Part shown: positions 22,085 through 34,531 of the stretch, one piece after another
Numbering within the stretch: the stretch's first letter is position 1
How the letters are laid out: every line of letters begins with the position of its first letter
Assembly: GCF_001194135.2 (NCBI RefSeq)
Contig: NC_068986.1
Coordinates: 21,855,296 to 21,889,970, forward strand
DNA length: 34,675 bases
Direction of reading: 5' to 3'
Source: Octopus bimaculoides
Lineage: Eukaryota
Position numbers and translations under genes: made by a program
Notes under the pieces: generated by a model
What the model saw: the letters and a program-made list of their open reading frames with translations, nothing else
What the model was told of the DNA's origin: nothing
Database searches by the model: none

Positions 22085-22770
22085 GACCTTCAAACATTGG
22101 GCCTCACAGAGGCAATAACAGGAGACCAGGACCTTTGGAGATATGCTGCGATTGAGAAGCCCTGGCAACTGAAGTGAGATCGCAGCCACACATGTCCGGC
22201 CCTGTTAAGAATACTCCTGATGCATCAGGCGATATGATATGCTTGAGAAAACCTGTTGAGTCAAGTAAAACCAATATCGTAGCTGTGGTTAGTGCCCCCA
22301 ACTGGCTCCCATGCCAGTGGCACATAAAAAGTACCATCCAAACATGGTCAAGTTTTCTTTCTTTCTCTCTCTGCCTGACTGTCCCCCATGCTGGTGGCAT
22401 GTAAAAAGCACCAACTAAATGTGGTCGATGCTAGTACCCCTTGATTGGCTCTTGTACCCGTGGAACGTAAAAAGCACCATCCGAATGTGGCTGATGCTAG
22501 TACCCACTGACTGGCTCCTGTGCCGGTGGCATGTAAAAAGCACTATCTGGCCGTGATCGATTCTAGGCCCGCCTGACTGGCTCCTGTGCCAGTGGCACAT
22601 AAAAAGCACACACTACACTCTTGGAGTGGTTGGCATTAAGAAGGGCATCCAGCTGTAGAAACATTGCCAGATCAGATTGGAGCCTGGTGCAGCCGTTGGC
22701 TCTCCAGACCTCAGTCAAACTGTCCAACCCATGCCAGCATGGAAAACGGACGTTAAATGATGATGATGTT
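22085..22770 (+). mobile_element. 5'-truncated RTE LINE: ORF end, 3' UTR with about 66-bp tandem units, and (GAT)n tail
   Basis: Reads DLQTLGLTEAITGDQDLWRYAAIEKPWQLK*, then 4-5 units of TGACTGGCTCCTGTGCCGGTGGCATGTAAAAAGCACC..., then the shared tail. Confidence 0.8.
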
Positions 22771-23205
22771 TTGATTTAATCCTGCATCATCTTGCAATTC
22801 CAAGATTTCAATGGTGTGATTGCTTATGTTTAGAATGACATTGTAAGGTAGGTGCGAGAGACCAGATATGGCTAGTATGAACATAAACAGGTAGAATATT
22901 TGGGCTAGATATGGCATTTTATATGCTAAATCGTTAAAAACCTAAAGAGAGTGTAATTCAATAAAAATAAGGCAACAAAATGGTTACAGGGTATATTGTT
23001 TATGACATTTCATGATACAAGAATAAGTATTGACGTATTGCTGCTTTCAATAGTTTAATATTAATAATTTTTATGATAATACTTTATTTACAAACACCAA
23101 AAATGTCTAATAAATTTCACTTCCGAGAAAATATAATTCCATTTTTATTAGCCAAATATTTTTCACAATTCATAATACTGACCATAAAATGTAAAACTAA
23201 CTTAC

Positions 23206-23257
23206 CAGTTGTACCACTTGTGTAACAAATTATGCATACATCTGTTGATTTGCAAGG
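23206..23257 (-). CDS. ACSL1: ACSL exon, 52 nt: PCKSTDVCIICYTSGTT(G)
   Basis: Acceptor attgttcag, donor gtaagt, phase 0/1; first half of the AMP-binding P-loop. Confidence 0.95.
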
Positions 23258-23869
23258 CTGAACAATAATAAAAACAGGATAAAATTAACACAATTCTTTT
23301 TTTTTTTTAATCAAGGGAAATACAGCTCATAAATCACTGAGTCCAATGGGAAGGGAAGGTGGGAGGTAGCCTTGGCCCAAATACTTTTAACCTCCTTAAC
23401 AAAACTACTTGTGCATTTAAAGGTTGAATGAATATTATATAAAGAAACTATCTCTTTGAAATGAAAATAATTCCAAATATGTTTTTATGCTTACAGTTTG
23501 TCATCTTATGACTAACACTAAAACAGACACACAGATTTACACACATATAAATATATAGACATAGTAACAGTCATACAAACACACAGAAATACACTCATAC
23601 ATATGTGTGTGTGTGTGCATGTAATAAACGCCATCACCATTATTACTGTGCATAGTGTGTATATAAGTGCACACACACACACACACACGTACATTTTCTT
23701 TTTAGACAGCCCTTATTGGTGATGATGATGTTCTTAACACTGCCATCTATGAATAAACACACACATGTATGCACAGACCATTACAAAATCCACAAGTTCT
23801 TGCACATGTGGTGTACACATACATAGTGGTTGTAGTGTGGTTATGGTAGATGATGGCTGTTTTTATTTT

Positions 23870-24390
23870 TTTTGTAGTGTGATCCCATTTCCATCTGTTC
23901 ATTTCCAAGAGCGAGCATGCTTGTATGGTTTTTGCACCACCAAGCAGCAGCCAATATGATCCGTAGCCTGTTTCTTCTTACTGGGTTTGAGATATCTTGC
24001 ACTATATCAGTCTAAACCTGAACTGATCTCTGCATATCTTCTTTCGGCCTGTGTTGTTAAGCTCCCACTTGTAGCTCGGTCAGACATCAGTCATGTGAAC
24101 AAGGTGTCCCATTCATTTCAGATCGGTATAGAATCATGCACTCTCGACATTTCTCCTGTATCTATCTCAGAGTGAACTATATCATTGGTACTAATCCAGA
24201 CTGAAAACTACATATTTGCCTGGAGTATATGATTCTGGTAAACATTTTACCATCTGCCAATAGAAGTGTTATTCCTGCAGTGTCGTTCTTGTCATCTTCC
24301 TTTTGTGCAGCTCTACTCAGTTCATGACAGCCGTTTATGATCAAACTAACTGGGAGGTTGTCAGGGCTTACTATGTAGTTAATTCTGAGA
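23870..24390 (-). mobile_element. Old, internally deleted RTE/BovB-like LINE remnant
   Basis: Minus-strand AGITLLLADGKMFTRII (cf. RT motif RGITLLSxxGKxFxRI) followed by degenerate C-terminal sequence. Confidence 0.55.
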
Positions 24391-24664
24391 TGGCGAAGAG
24401 TACTTGTCTCTCACTCTCTCTCTCTCTCTAACACACACACACAAATTTCTTGTTTTGAGTAAGCATGTATATAACAGAAATATCTGCAAATATTTAAAAA
24501 CATGCACTGATGTAATCACAGGAATGTTTTCAAGTTAGCAGAAACTATTGCAATACACACTGTTGTATTAAATTATTAACTAAAACTTCGTTGTAGTTGT
24601 TTAGATATTTAAAAATTGAAGTGAAAAATGAAAATATATATAAAAAGAAACAAATGAAATTTAC

Positions 24665-24697
24665 CACAAGCTTGTGTGGGTTCTCTTCTCCTAATTT
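24665..24697 (-). CDS. ACSL1: ACSL micro-exon, 33 nt: KLGEENPHKLV
   Basis: Acceptor tctattccag, donor gtaaat, phase 0/0; fills the expected xLGxxN linker before the P-loop exon. Confidence 0.8.
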
Positions 24698-25251
24698 CTG
24701 GAATAGAATAAAAATAATATTAAAAAAATAGTAAAATAAAAGAATACCAAGACAAATGTAAAAGACATTATGTAATTAATGAGAAAGAAATGTAGTCAGA
24801 ATTTTTTTAGTCCTGAAACTAAAACCTATCGAATATTGTTCTCTGTAAAGAATGGTCTCTGAGATTTTAGAAAATGGGACTTCAATATGTGCTACCAGAA
24901 GAGATGTGGTAACATAACTGACCCAGGATTGGAATATAAGAACATATATATTCAGCAGCTTTTGAATTTTGAACATTACATGACAACTAAGATCAAAGAA
25001 AGTATTCATTAAAATGAACATAGATAAGCCATGTGTCTACTCTATAGTAAGACACTTGCACGGTTGTATTTGGTTCGTTTACTGCAATAAATGTTAGCTG
25101 GACGCAAAATAGTGCTTGTTGTATTTATTTAACCATTGTATTTAGTTTATTTACTGCAATAAAAGTTAGCTGTATGCTTCCAAATGTTTATTATCCCTAT
25201 TTATATAACTATCTTTAAAATTTCGACTGGGTTAACCTGGTTTAAAATGGG

Positions 25252-25292
<41 letters not shown>

Positions 25293-25418
25293 NNNNNNNN
25301 NNNNNNNNNNNNNNNNNNNNNNNNNNNNNNNNNNNNNNNNNNNNNNNNNNNNNNNNNNNNNNNNNNNNNNNNNNNNNNNNNNNNNNNNNNNNNNNNNNNN
25401 NNNNNNNNNNNNNNNNNN

Positions 25419-25451
<33 letters not shown>

Positions 25452-26075
25452 TTGTTATATTTTTCTGTTAATATAATAGGTTAGATAGAATGATGTCTAT
25501 AATACAATATTACATATTATGTTGTGCATGTATAGTAATATTACAATCATGAAAGTAGCATTAGCTTATCTCACTCTTTCTCGCAGAACCCTTAGGAACC
25601 TCTTGCAAAACCCTAGGGTTCCAGGGAACTCCAGTTGTGAAATGCTGCTCTAAATTATACTTTTGGTAATGACACATAAAAACAGAAAGAATTTAATTGC
25701 ATCAACATGAGGCCCAAGGAAAAACCACTTGTCCAAGAAACTGCAAGGTGTTTATAAGGGTGGATCGGTAGATAGATAGGTACTGACATAGGTTTAAAGA
25801 AGAGATAAATATTGGTTTCAAATTTTGGCACAAGGCCAGCAATTTCGGGGGAGAGGTGGGGAATTGTTTTACATCAACCCCAGTGTTCAACTGGTGCTTA
25901 TTTTATCAACCCAGAAAGGGAGGAAAGGCAAAGTCAACCTCAGCAGAATTTGAACTCAGAACGCCAAGCATTTTGCCCAGTGTGCTAACGATTCTGCCAG
26001 CTCACCGCCTTAAAGAAGAAATAAATATTGAAAAGAAAAGTCAGTGGATATATTACCTATAAATATTATGTGCAT

Positions 26076-26076
<1 letters not shown>

Positions 26077-26116
<40 letters not shown>

Positions 26117-26126
26117 TGTGTGTGTA
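26077..26126. repeat. (GA)n(GT)n microsatellite; representative of many simple repeats
   Basis: Read directly. Others at 1-23, 145-160, 225-285, 965-983, 7690-7850 (CT-rich), 12330-12378, 19140-19161, 25256-25292 and 28838-28878. Confidence 0.95.
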
Positions 26127-26168
26127 CACATTAGAAGCAGAAAGAAAGGACTCTAAAATAAAACTAAC

Positions 26169-26341
26169 CTCTAATTCTTCAAACAAGACCACTTTTACAC
26201 CGGTCGATTTGGCCAAAGACAAAGATTCACTGTCTGGAGCTTCCATCAACACTATTGTCTTTAAGGTTTCCATTTTACATTTTTGCTTTAGCAAATTTTT
26301 CAGTTTAGAATTTTTGTCACAAACAACCAAAGAAATTTCGG
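26169..26341 (-). CDS. ACSL1: ACSL exon, 173 nt: (A)EISLVVCDKNSKLKNLLKQKCKMETLKTIVLMEAPDSESLSLAKSTGVKVVLFEELE
   Basis: Acceptor ctttctgtag, donor gttagt, phase 1/0; lies inside track ORF 26010..26369. Confidence 0.93.
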
Positions 26342-26501
26342 CTACAGAAAGAGAAACAGAAAGAAACAATTACATCAAATATTAGTTTTAAAATAAAAGA
26401 CATGAAAACATTTTAGTATGTATTACAAAACCATTTTCTTCTTGGCCCCCTTTAAGATTAAGAAAAAATTAATTTACGATACATTTTATTAAAGATCTAT
26501 A

Positions 26502-27130
26502 GGTGTAGACATGGCTGCATAGATGTGGCATTTAATATATTACCACATGGTTTCAAGTTCCATCTCAATGTGTGACACTTGACCTAAGTGTCTTCTTTTG
26601 CAGGCTCAGGCCAACATAATACCTTGTAAGTGTAACTGGTAGTCAGAGACCATATGGTTTAATATCCCCTTTTCTATGCTTGTATGAGTGAGACAATTCA
26701 TTGAGATACATTTTCTACAGCCATATGTTCTTCCTGTTGCCAATCCTTATCAAGGAAGGTAATATTTCTTCATGGCCAACATATTTTTCACAGAAGACTG
26801 GCAAAAAAATTGCACTTGTATGATGATGATGTTCATTCACATGATGTGAAGACAAGGGTTCATGCATATAGACACACACACACACATGCATCTATGAATG
26901 TATATGTGTTTGTTTCTGCCTCCCTGTCTAGACATAGTTGTAAATAAGTGTCACCACCATACAAGCAATGTCATTCATTTCCAATCTTCATTGAAAATAT
27001 GTCTGGTCATGGGGAAAATATTACCTTGCTTGGAAACAAGTGAATGTTGGTGACAGAAAAGGCATCCAGCTGTAGAAAAAAATCTACCTCAATGAATTCC
27101 ATATAACCCATGCAAGAATGAAAAAGTAGA
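26502..27130 (+). mobile_element. Full-length CORE-type SINE with RTE-derived (GAT)n tail
   Basis: Head ATAGGTGTAGACATGGCTGC...CAAGTTCCATCTC, CORE-like GACACTTGACCTAAGTGTCTTCT, (TG) tract, then GGCATCCAGCTGTAGAAA...ACCCATGCAAG...ATGATGATGA. Confidence 0.75.
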
Positions 27131-27483
27131 CATTAAAATGATGATGATGATATCAAAGCATAATATTATTTAGATGTAACAAGCCGACAGACAAGTTGAA
27201 TGAAGTTTTGCAAACAAACAACACAAGAGAAATGTTTACATCATCATTTAGCATCCATTTTCCAATCTGATAAGGGCTTTGACATGGTCTCTACAGCTGG
27301 ATGCCCTTCTTAATGCCAACCACTTTACAGAATGTACTGGATACTTTTTACATGGAACTGACATTAGCAAGGTCAGTAAGTAACTAGCAAGACAAGACCT
27401 CTCAACTGAGAGGGAATACATATAAATGATGAAATTAAATTAACAATCATAAATTTTAAAAGTATAAGGTACAGATATCAAAC

Positions 27484-27583
27484 CTTGATTAACAATATAC
27501 GTTGCAGCATCTGGTCCTAATGTGTCATATAAAGGGATGAGGACCATTGAATACATATAGCAAGCTTGTTCAACAATAAAAAA
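27484..27583 (-). CDS. ACSL1: ACSL exon, 100 nt: FFIVEQACYMYSMVLIPLYDTLGPDAATYIVNQ(A)
   Basis: Acceptor ttctttccag, donor gtttga, phase 0/1; contains the family motif PLYDTLG. Confidence 0.95.
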
Positions 27584-27764
27584 CTGGAAAGAAAAAAAAA
27601 GAAATTGTATATAGATATCTGAATCAAAGTTATTACTGTGTTAGATGCATAAAGTTTGCAGAGATGATCAAGACAACCCAGATAAATTGGGGGAGAAAAA
27701 GAATGGGTATCAGGGAGATTAAGAGAAAAGACTATATGGATACAAACATGATGCATATGGAACA

Positions 27765-27976
27765 TGACAGTTGAGTGAAGAAGTGGGGATCCAAATGAAG
27801 GAAACCTGCAGATGAGGAAGATTGAAGAAGTCCTGGGAAGAAGTTGTAAAGGGTGATTTGGGGATATTGAACCTTACAAAGGAAATAAAGATCTGCAATG
27901 AGTGGAAAGATGCTGCGCTACAAGAAACCTGTCCAATCCATGCCAGCCTGGGAAAAAGACCGGAAATGATGAATGA
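27765..27976 (+). mobile_element. RTE LINE ORF end with a short 3' tail
   Basis: KKSWEEVVKGDLGILNLTKEI...EWKDAALQETCP runs directly into CCAATCCATGCCAGCCTGGGAAA...ATGATGAATGA. Confidence 0.75.
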
Positions 27977-28837
27977 ATTATTGTTTGCTTTTATGGCCAT
28001 TTTTCGTAGTGCACACACAACATACACTACAGGATTCTTTCAGTTTCTATCAACTAAATTCACTCACAAGGCTTTGGTTAGCTCAAGACTACAGTAAGAG
28101 ACACTTGCTCAAGGTGCCATACAGTAGGACTGAACCCAAAAAGAAGCCACATGGCTGAAAAGCAAACTTCTCAACCACAAGTTCCAGGCCTGCATCAAAT
28201 AATTTCTTTATTGCCCACAGGGGTTAAATATAGAGAGGAGAAACAAGGAAAGACAAAGGGATTAAGTTGGTTACATCGACTCCAGTGCATAACTGGTACT
28301 TATTTAATCGCTCCCACCGAAAGGATGAAAGGCAAAGTCAACCTCGTCAGAATTTGAACTCAGAACGTAATGGCAGACGAAATACCGCTAAGCATTTCGC
28401 CTGGTCTGCCAACTCAGCACCCTTCAAATAATGAATGAATGAATGGATAAAAACATTTACCAAATATTTTAATTACTTAAAATATAAAAACTTAAACAGC
28501 AGTACTATGGAAGGCAAACTAATGTTCAATACATTTCTCAATGGTGACGTTATATACAACTATTATTGTTTAGCTCCAAGTTAGCCCTAAATGAGCAGAC
28601 CTAGGATTAGAGATATTTCAGCCACAACCATTTTGCTGCTTTTTAAAATATCAATGACCATATTGTCCAATGTGTCTTTTCTTTACTATAAGAAGTTAGC
28701 TTCCCAACCACATGGTCTCAGGTTCAGTACCACTGTGTAGCACCTTAGGCAAATGTCTTCTACTATAGCTGCGAGTTAACCAAAGCCCTGTGAGTGGATT
28801 TAATAGACAGAAACTGAAAGAAGCCTGTCATACATAT

Positions 28838-28869
<32 letters not shown>

Positions 28870-29109
28870 GAGAGAGACTGTGTGTATGTTTGTGTCTCCT
28901 TGTTTAGACATGCAATTGTTATAAATGAATGCCATTCATTTCTAATATTCCAGAAAAATAAGTCCAACTATGAGAAAATATTATGTTGCTTGGAAATAGA
29001 TAAGGCTTGATGGCAGGAAGGGCATCTAACCATCATAGAAAATCTGCCTCAATAAACTCCATCTGACCCATGCTAGCATGAGAAAGTGGACATTAAAACA
29101 ATGATGAGT

Positions 29110-29420
29110 AAGGCTGATCTCAGAATGCTGAACCTTCTTGAAATCAGCCATTATTGCTTCTTCCCATGTCTTCATCTTCTATAGGCACCTTCCACTCAGA
29201 TCATTTTTTGGCAACTATCATTTTCCGTACATACCCCATACCCACACTAGTGCAATTTTTTCTCTCATACACAACAGCTGAATTTCCTTATATTTTTGTC
29301 TCTTAGCTCATGTGTGCTGTCTTACATATCTGTGATTTGAAAGTCATTTAGCTTCTATTTCTAATAGCTATATGACCACATAGATGCTCTTTTAGTGTCT
29401 TATCATGGAAAGTAGTAAAC
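29110..29420 (-). mobile_element. Degenerate RTE LINE C-terminal fragment
   Basis: Minus strand KTWEEAIMADF, and upstream sequence alignable to the RTE C-terminal region seen at 31300-31650. Confidence 0.55.
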
Positions 29421-30389
29421 ACAGATGTTTTATGTATCAGTCAAGTTAGATATCTAGGAGATGATGTTTGACCAGCAATCAAGTTAGACACCTAGATAAC
29501 AACAAAAACCGTTTTCACATATGCTAGAATTGTGGAAGAAGAAAAATCTGTCACTATCTGCAGTCTTAAAATGATGCTGTGCTAACTCTAACAGTTGGTA
29601 AGTGGTTAATACATAAGAAATTAAAAATAGCCACTGTAATAGTTCCATGAAAACCTTTCTGATTCACTGATGTTGGTGCCATGTAAAAAGCACTCGATCT
29701 ATTCTGTAAGGTGTTTGGTGCTAAGAAGAGCATCCAGCCAAAAAACCCCTGCCAAAACAGACAGTGAAGCCTGGTGCAGTCTTCTGCTAGCCAGCCCCTG
29801 TCAAACTGTCTAACCCATGCCAACAAGGAAAATGGACATTAAATGATGATGATGATGATGTATCAGAACAGCTCAGCAAACAAACTTTTCGCTGAAATTA
29901 TAAACGAGATCAACAGTTCTAGGTGCTCCGGCTGAAGAGACATGTCAAAGCACCGGTGTTCCAGAATCCCTTGTATTATAAACACACATTTGTGGTAAAG
30001 ATGAAGCTGTTCTCCTGTGATGAGCACAACAGTAATTTGCATATTCATGTTCAAATCCACCGGGACGTATTAAGAATAAATATGCATGTTATTGTGAATT
30101 TTAAAATATATCTAGGGGCATCCTGTGGGACGATAGAGATAGAGAAAAATATATTTTCAGATTAATAAAATGTCAGTAAAGTTTTCATAACATATCTGAA
30201 TAGTTTTGTCTGTCCATGCTGAATACAAAATCCAGTCTCATCATCATCATCGTTTAAATCTATTTTCCATGCTGGTATGGGTTGGACAGTTTGACTGAAG
30301 TCTGGAAAGCCAGCGGCTGCACCAGGCTCTGATTTGATCTGACAAGGTTTCTACAGCTGGATGCCCTTCCTAACACTAACCATTCTGAG

Positions 30390-30645
30390 AGTGTAGTGGG
30401 TGCTTTTCACATACCACTGGCACAGGAGCCAGTCAGGAGGCACTGGCATCAGCCACATTCAGATGGTGCTTTTTATGTGCCACCAGCACGGGAGCCAGTC
30501 AGGCGGGTCTGGCATCGACCATGTTCAGATGGTGCCTTTCACATACCACTGGCATGGGAGTCAGTCAGGAAACACTGGCATTGACATGCTTGGATGATGC
30601 ATTTTATGTGCCACCGGAACAGGAGCCAGTCAGGGGGCACTGGCC
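30390..30645 (-). repeat. About 66-bp tandem array (4 units) belonging to an RTE 3' UTR
   Basis: GGTGCTTTT(C/T)ACATACCACTGGCACAGGAGCCAGTCAGG recurs at about 30399, 30465, 30531 and 30597. Confidence 0.8.
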
Positions 30646-30887
30646 AAAGCTATGATTTTGGTTTTACTTCATTTAACAGGTTTTCTCAAACATATCATAT
30701 TGCCCGATGCATCAAAAAAAAAATCTATCAAATAATTAAACAGAAAAGATCAAAGCAAAGTATATCATTCTCATTAAAACCGAACACCTCTGTGATGATG
30801 TTTAATATCTTACAAACCTATGTGATACTGATATAACAATAAAATGGAAAAATATTTAGAAAACAAATTTCAACTAATTTTACAAAC

Positions 30888-30989
30888 CTCAGGATTATTT
30901 TGTGAATAGATCCCAATGTGTGTTTTATTTGAAGGTGTTTGTCCTAATTTTATTAATCCAGCTCCTACATTTGCTGATTTAACCAATAC
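30888..30989 (-). CDS. ACSL1: ACSL exon (first visible), 102 nt: VLVKSANVGAGLIKLGQTPSNKTHIGIYSQNNPE
   Basis: Acceptor ttattacag, donor gtttgt, phase 0/0; matches the ACSL IGI(Y/F)xQNxPE segment. Confidence 0.92.
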
Positions 30990-31069
30990 CTGTAATAAAA
31001 AGAAAAAAACAAAATTGTAATTCATATATATATATATATAAAATACCGTAGAGTTTGTGTGTGGCAGAA

Positions 31070-31885
31070 GAAAATAGTCTTTGTGTGTGGCAAATGTGCA
31101 GGTACAAAAAGCACTAAAAATGTGCAGACAACAGACTCCCTCAAATGCTCGTGGGGATCATTAGAAGTAGTAAATAGCTTCTGTTACCTAGGCGACCAAG
31201 TTAGCAGTGGTGGAGGAAGTTCTGAAAGTGTAGTTGCTAGAATAAGAACAGAATGGGCAAAGTTCAGAGAGCTTCTATCTTTGTTGGTAACTAAAAGTCT
31301 CTAACCTAAGGGCATATTGTATGATGCCTGTATATGTACAGCTATGCTACATGTCAGTGAAACATGGGCTTTGACTACAGAGGATTTGTGAAGGCTTGAA
31401 AGAAATGAAGCTAGCATGCTCTGCTGGATGGGTAATGTCAGTGTGCACACATAAAAGAGTATAAATGATTTAAGAGTAAAACTGGGTGTAAGAGGCATCA
31501 GATGTCGTGTGCAAGAGAGAAGACTGTGATGTATATGGATGAGGACAACTGCATAAAGAAATGCTGAGTTCTAACTATGGAGGGAACTTGTGGAAGGGGT
31601 AAACCCAGGAAGATGTGGGACAAAGGGGTGAGAAAGGATCTTCAGATGCTGAGCCTCACTGAAGAAAGTGACTGGGAGTTGTGATTTGCTGTACGTGAGA
31701 AGATGTACCAAGCAAAGTAAAATTGCTGTCGTCCATATATAAAGTTGATCCTTGTGTATCTTGGATGAAGCATTCAACCAAGGTCTCTGTTTGATACTTT
31801 ATTTGAACCAAATGAAGGTTAGCGAAAGGAAGGGCATCTAGCCACAGAAACTCTGTCTTAACAAATTCCATCTGATCCCCAGTAT
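31070..31885 (+). mobile_element. RTE LINE 3' portion (degenerate)
   Basis: CGKCAGT...LEVVNSFCYLGDQVSSGGG...VARIRTEWAKFRELL, then ILYDACICTAMLHVSETWA and GKPRKMWDKGVRKDLQ, with frameshifts. Confidence 0.85.
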
Positions 31886-34531
31886 ATAAATATTAATTTA
31901 AATAAATATATCTATATATGATTAAAATAGCTATTATTTAACTTTTACTTAATGGGGACACTGATATTTTTAATAGAAAATAGATATTCTGCAAGTTTAC
32001 ATCCTGGACACAATACTCTCTCCTCTTACACAATCTCCAACTGTGGTTCTACATCATTTCTTGTTATAATTCCATTTACATTGAGCTTCATTATAAAAGT
32101 AGTTCCTCAGCTTATTATTTTGTCTTGAAACCTTTATCTGAATCACCAAACATTGTATAACCCATAACTATATCATAAGAGTTTCATGCTTGCCAAGGCA
32201 CATAAATTCAACAGAAGGCAACACAATGGTGAATACCACTTTTTTTAATATTTTAACTGCTGAAACGACTGTAGAATCTTCAATGAAATTACAGAGAATC
32301 TGTAAAATCTTTGCTACTTTTTTATATTATTCTAAAATTAATTTTTTTATTAATCTCCATTAAAAGACATCTTATCTCACAGAATCCTACAACTTTTAGG
32401 GGAATTCACTTTGGAAATCACTGTATTATAGGAATATATTTTTGACACTCCTCCTGTCCCACTACTAAACTGGTAGAAGGATGAGAGGTAGAGTTAAATT
32501 GAACTCAGAACTTATAGGGTTGTAAGTAAAAACTACAAAACGTTTAGTCTGGTGCTTTAATGATTATGCCAAAATTTGTTTCCGTGATGTGTAGGAATTA
32601 CCGCTTTTTAGAATTACTAGAAGCAGCAGTGACAAAACATAGAGGAGAGAGTTTCAATAAAGAATTTATTTAAAGAATGTGGCCCAACAGAGGAATTTTA
32701 GTACAGAAACTATGAGGAATGCCCAACCCAACTTGAATATCAATTACTTTGGCAATAACAGTAAATTACATATGTACCCACCCACTCACAATACACACAC
32801 GCATATACACACTTTGAATAATTCTCAGAAGGAAAGCTACACCCAATTTTAGATTGAGAAGGGGGAGAAAATAACATACAAAAAAAGTTCACAACCACAT
32901 TCTCTATCTTTAGATAAGTTACTTAAAATTCTTGACTCTGCAACCTTTATTCTATTTTCCCGAAGAATAATTAAAGGTTAAATAACATACTGTAATCAAA
33001 GATTATGTTGTGTGCGTGCGTGCTGGTTTATTTTATTATCTTTCTACTTGTTTCAGTCATTTGACTGTGGCCATGCTGGAGTACCACCTTAAAGGGTTTT
33101 AGTCAAAACCAATCAACCAAGGACTTATTATTTAAGCCTAGTACTATTCTATTAGTCTCTTTTGCTGAAGCACTAAGTTATGGGGACATAAGCACACCAA
33201 AACCAGTTGTCGAGTGGTGATGGGGAAAGGAGGGGGACAAACCCAGACACAAAGACACAAACACATAGATACATACACACACATATATATGACGGGCTTC
33301 TTTCAGTTTCTGTCTTGCCTCCCAAGCATGTAGTCACATGTAAAGACTAAACACTTTAGGATTATATGAAGTGTTTATCAATAGATCTGTTAAGTGTAAC
33401 AACAAAAGTCAGAGAGGGTTATGTAGTTAGCTAGTTTAGAAGACATTTTAGTAGATCATGACAAAAATAATAGTTAAATAATAATTTGACTGAATATTTC
33501 ATACTGTACTGAAAGATCACAATATATATTTATATGTGTAGCAGTGAGAAGCAAAAGCACACGTGTGAGTCCGTGGCTATAGTCTGATGGTGAGTGAATT
33601 GAGTAATTGCCAATTAATTAACTTTCTTTTGGCTGAAATCCAAGATGGCTATGTGCATAGCAGCACTTTTCATCTTTCATATGTGAAATTGTAATCAATG
33701 TGGTTTATGCACAGACTTTGTAAAGGATCAACAACTGAAGTATTTCCCCACCACAAACAGTAATCCTAGTTTTTGTGATGTTATACAGATGATATAGGGG
33801 AATCACCAACATTTGTAGCAACTGCTCAACTACCAAGTTTTAGTTTCTGTGCCATTCATGATTAGAGAGTGAGGTAAAAAAACAAACAAACTGCTTCTTT
33901 GATATATGTAATCATACCATCTTGCTTTTGTACTGTTAAATAAGATGAAATTGTCATCTGCCCACTGAAGTGTGTTTCAAGGCCTCTATTTAGGATAGCA
34001 GTATATGTATGATGTGGATGTTGAGGGTGCATTTAGTTATGTATAAGCTAATATGGTGTTACTAATGCTTCCATCGGCCTAGATTAACCATGCACCAACA
34101 CAGGTTTATCTAGACCTGTACAAGATTTTTTTTGAGACAAAACCTAGCAGTTACCTGAACATGTACGTCTTCCCACTCTATGATACTGATGTTTAGCCAA
34201 GGAAAAGGTGCCAACCTGGGACAATACAGCTTGGCATTAACATCACAGGCATTGCCATCAGATTGCAAAGAATCAGGACAAACACCACAAGGTATTTCAC
34301 TTGACCTGTTGACAGTTTTGTCAATCCATGTATCTGAAGTGGTACATTTTTTTTACCAACCCCAAAAGGCTGAAAGGCAACACTGACCTCTGCAGGATTT
34401 AAACTTCGAGTACAAAAACATCCAATAAAATACCACAAGGCAATCTATCAAACACTAAATAAACAAAAGCACCCATGCTGGTGCTGCGCATACAGCACTT
34501 ATGCCAGTGCCACACACCTGTGACAGTGTCA

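Larger units (their letters stand above)
3288..30989 (-). other. ACSL1: Long-chain-fatty-acid--CoA ligase gene, ACSL1/5/6 family (orthology within the family unresolved); 18 coding exons in window, 5' exons outside the window
   Basis: Manual translation of minus-strand exons joins into one frame of 571 aa plus TAA. It carries the AMP-binding P-loop CYTSGTTGIPKG, the gate [26 protein letters not shown] and [23 protein letters not shown]. All 17 introns are GT-AG with matching phases. Confidence 0.96.

Noticed and set aside
22300-22620. Regularly spaced repeats that could suggest a CRISPR array (also 30390-30645)
   Set aside because: Eukaryotic context; the whole 66-bp unit repeats without unique spacers and it is part of an RTE 3' UTR.
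25066-25172. Imperfect 36-bp direct repeat (TGTATTT...TTTACTGCAATAAA.GTTAGCTG)
   Set aside because: Small local duplication next to a (TA)n gap; no further structure.
34155-34215. Possible upstream ACSL exon (cccag|...CAG|gtaac, 61 nt)
   Set aside because: The translation LAPFPWLNISIIEWEDVHVQ lacks the expected GPCLG...YxWxSY pattern and partly overlaps a SINE fragment; the true upstream exon is probably outside the window.
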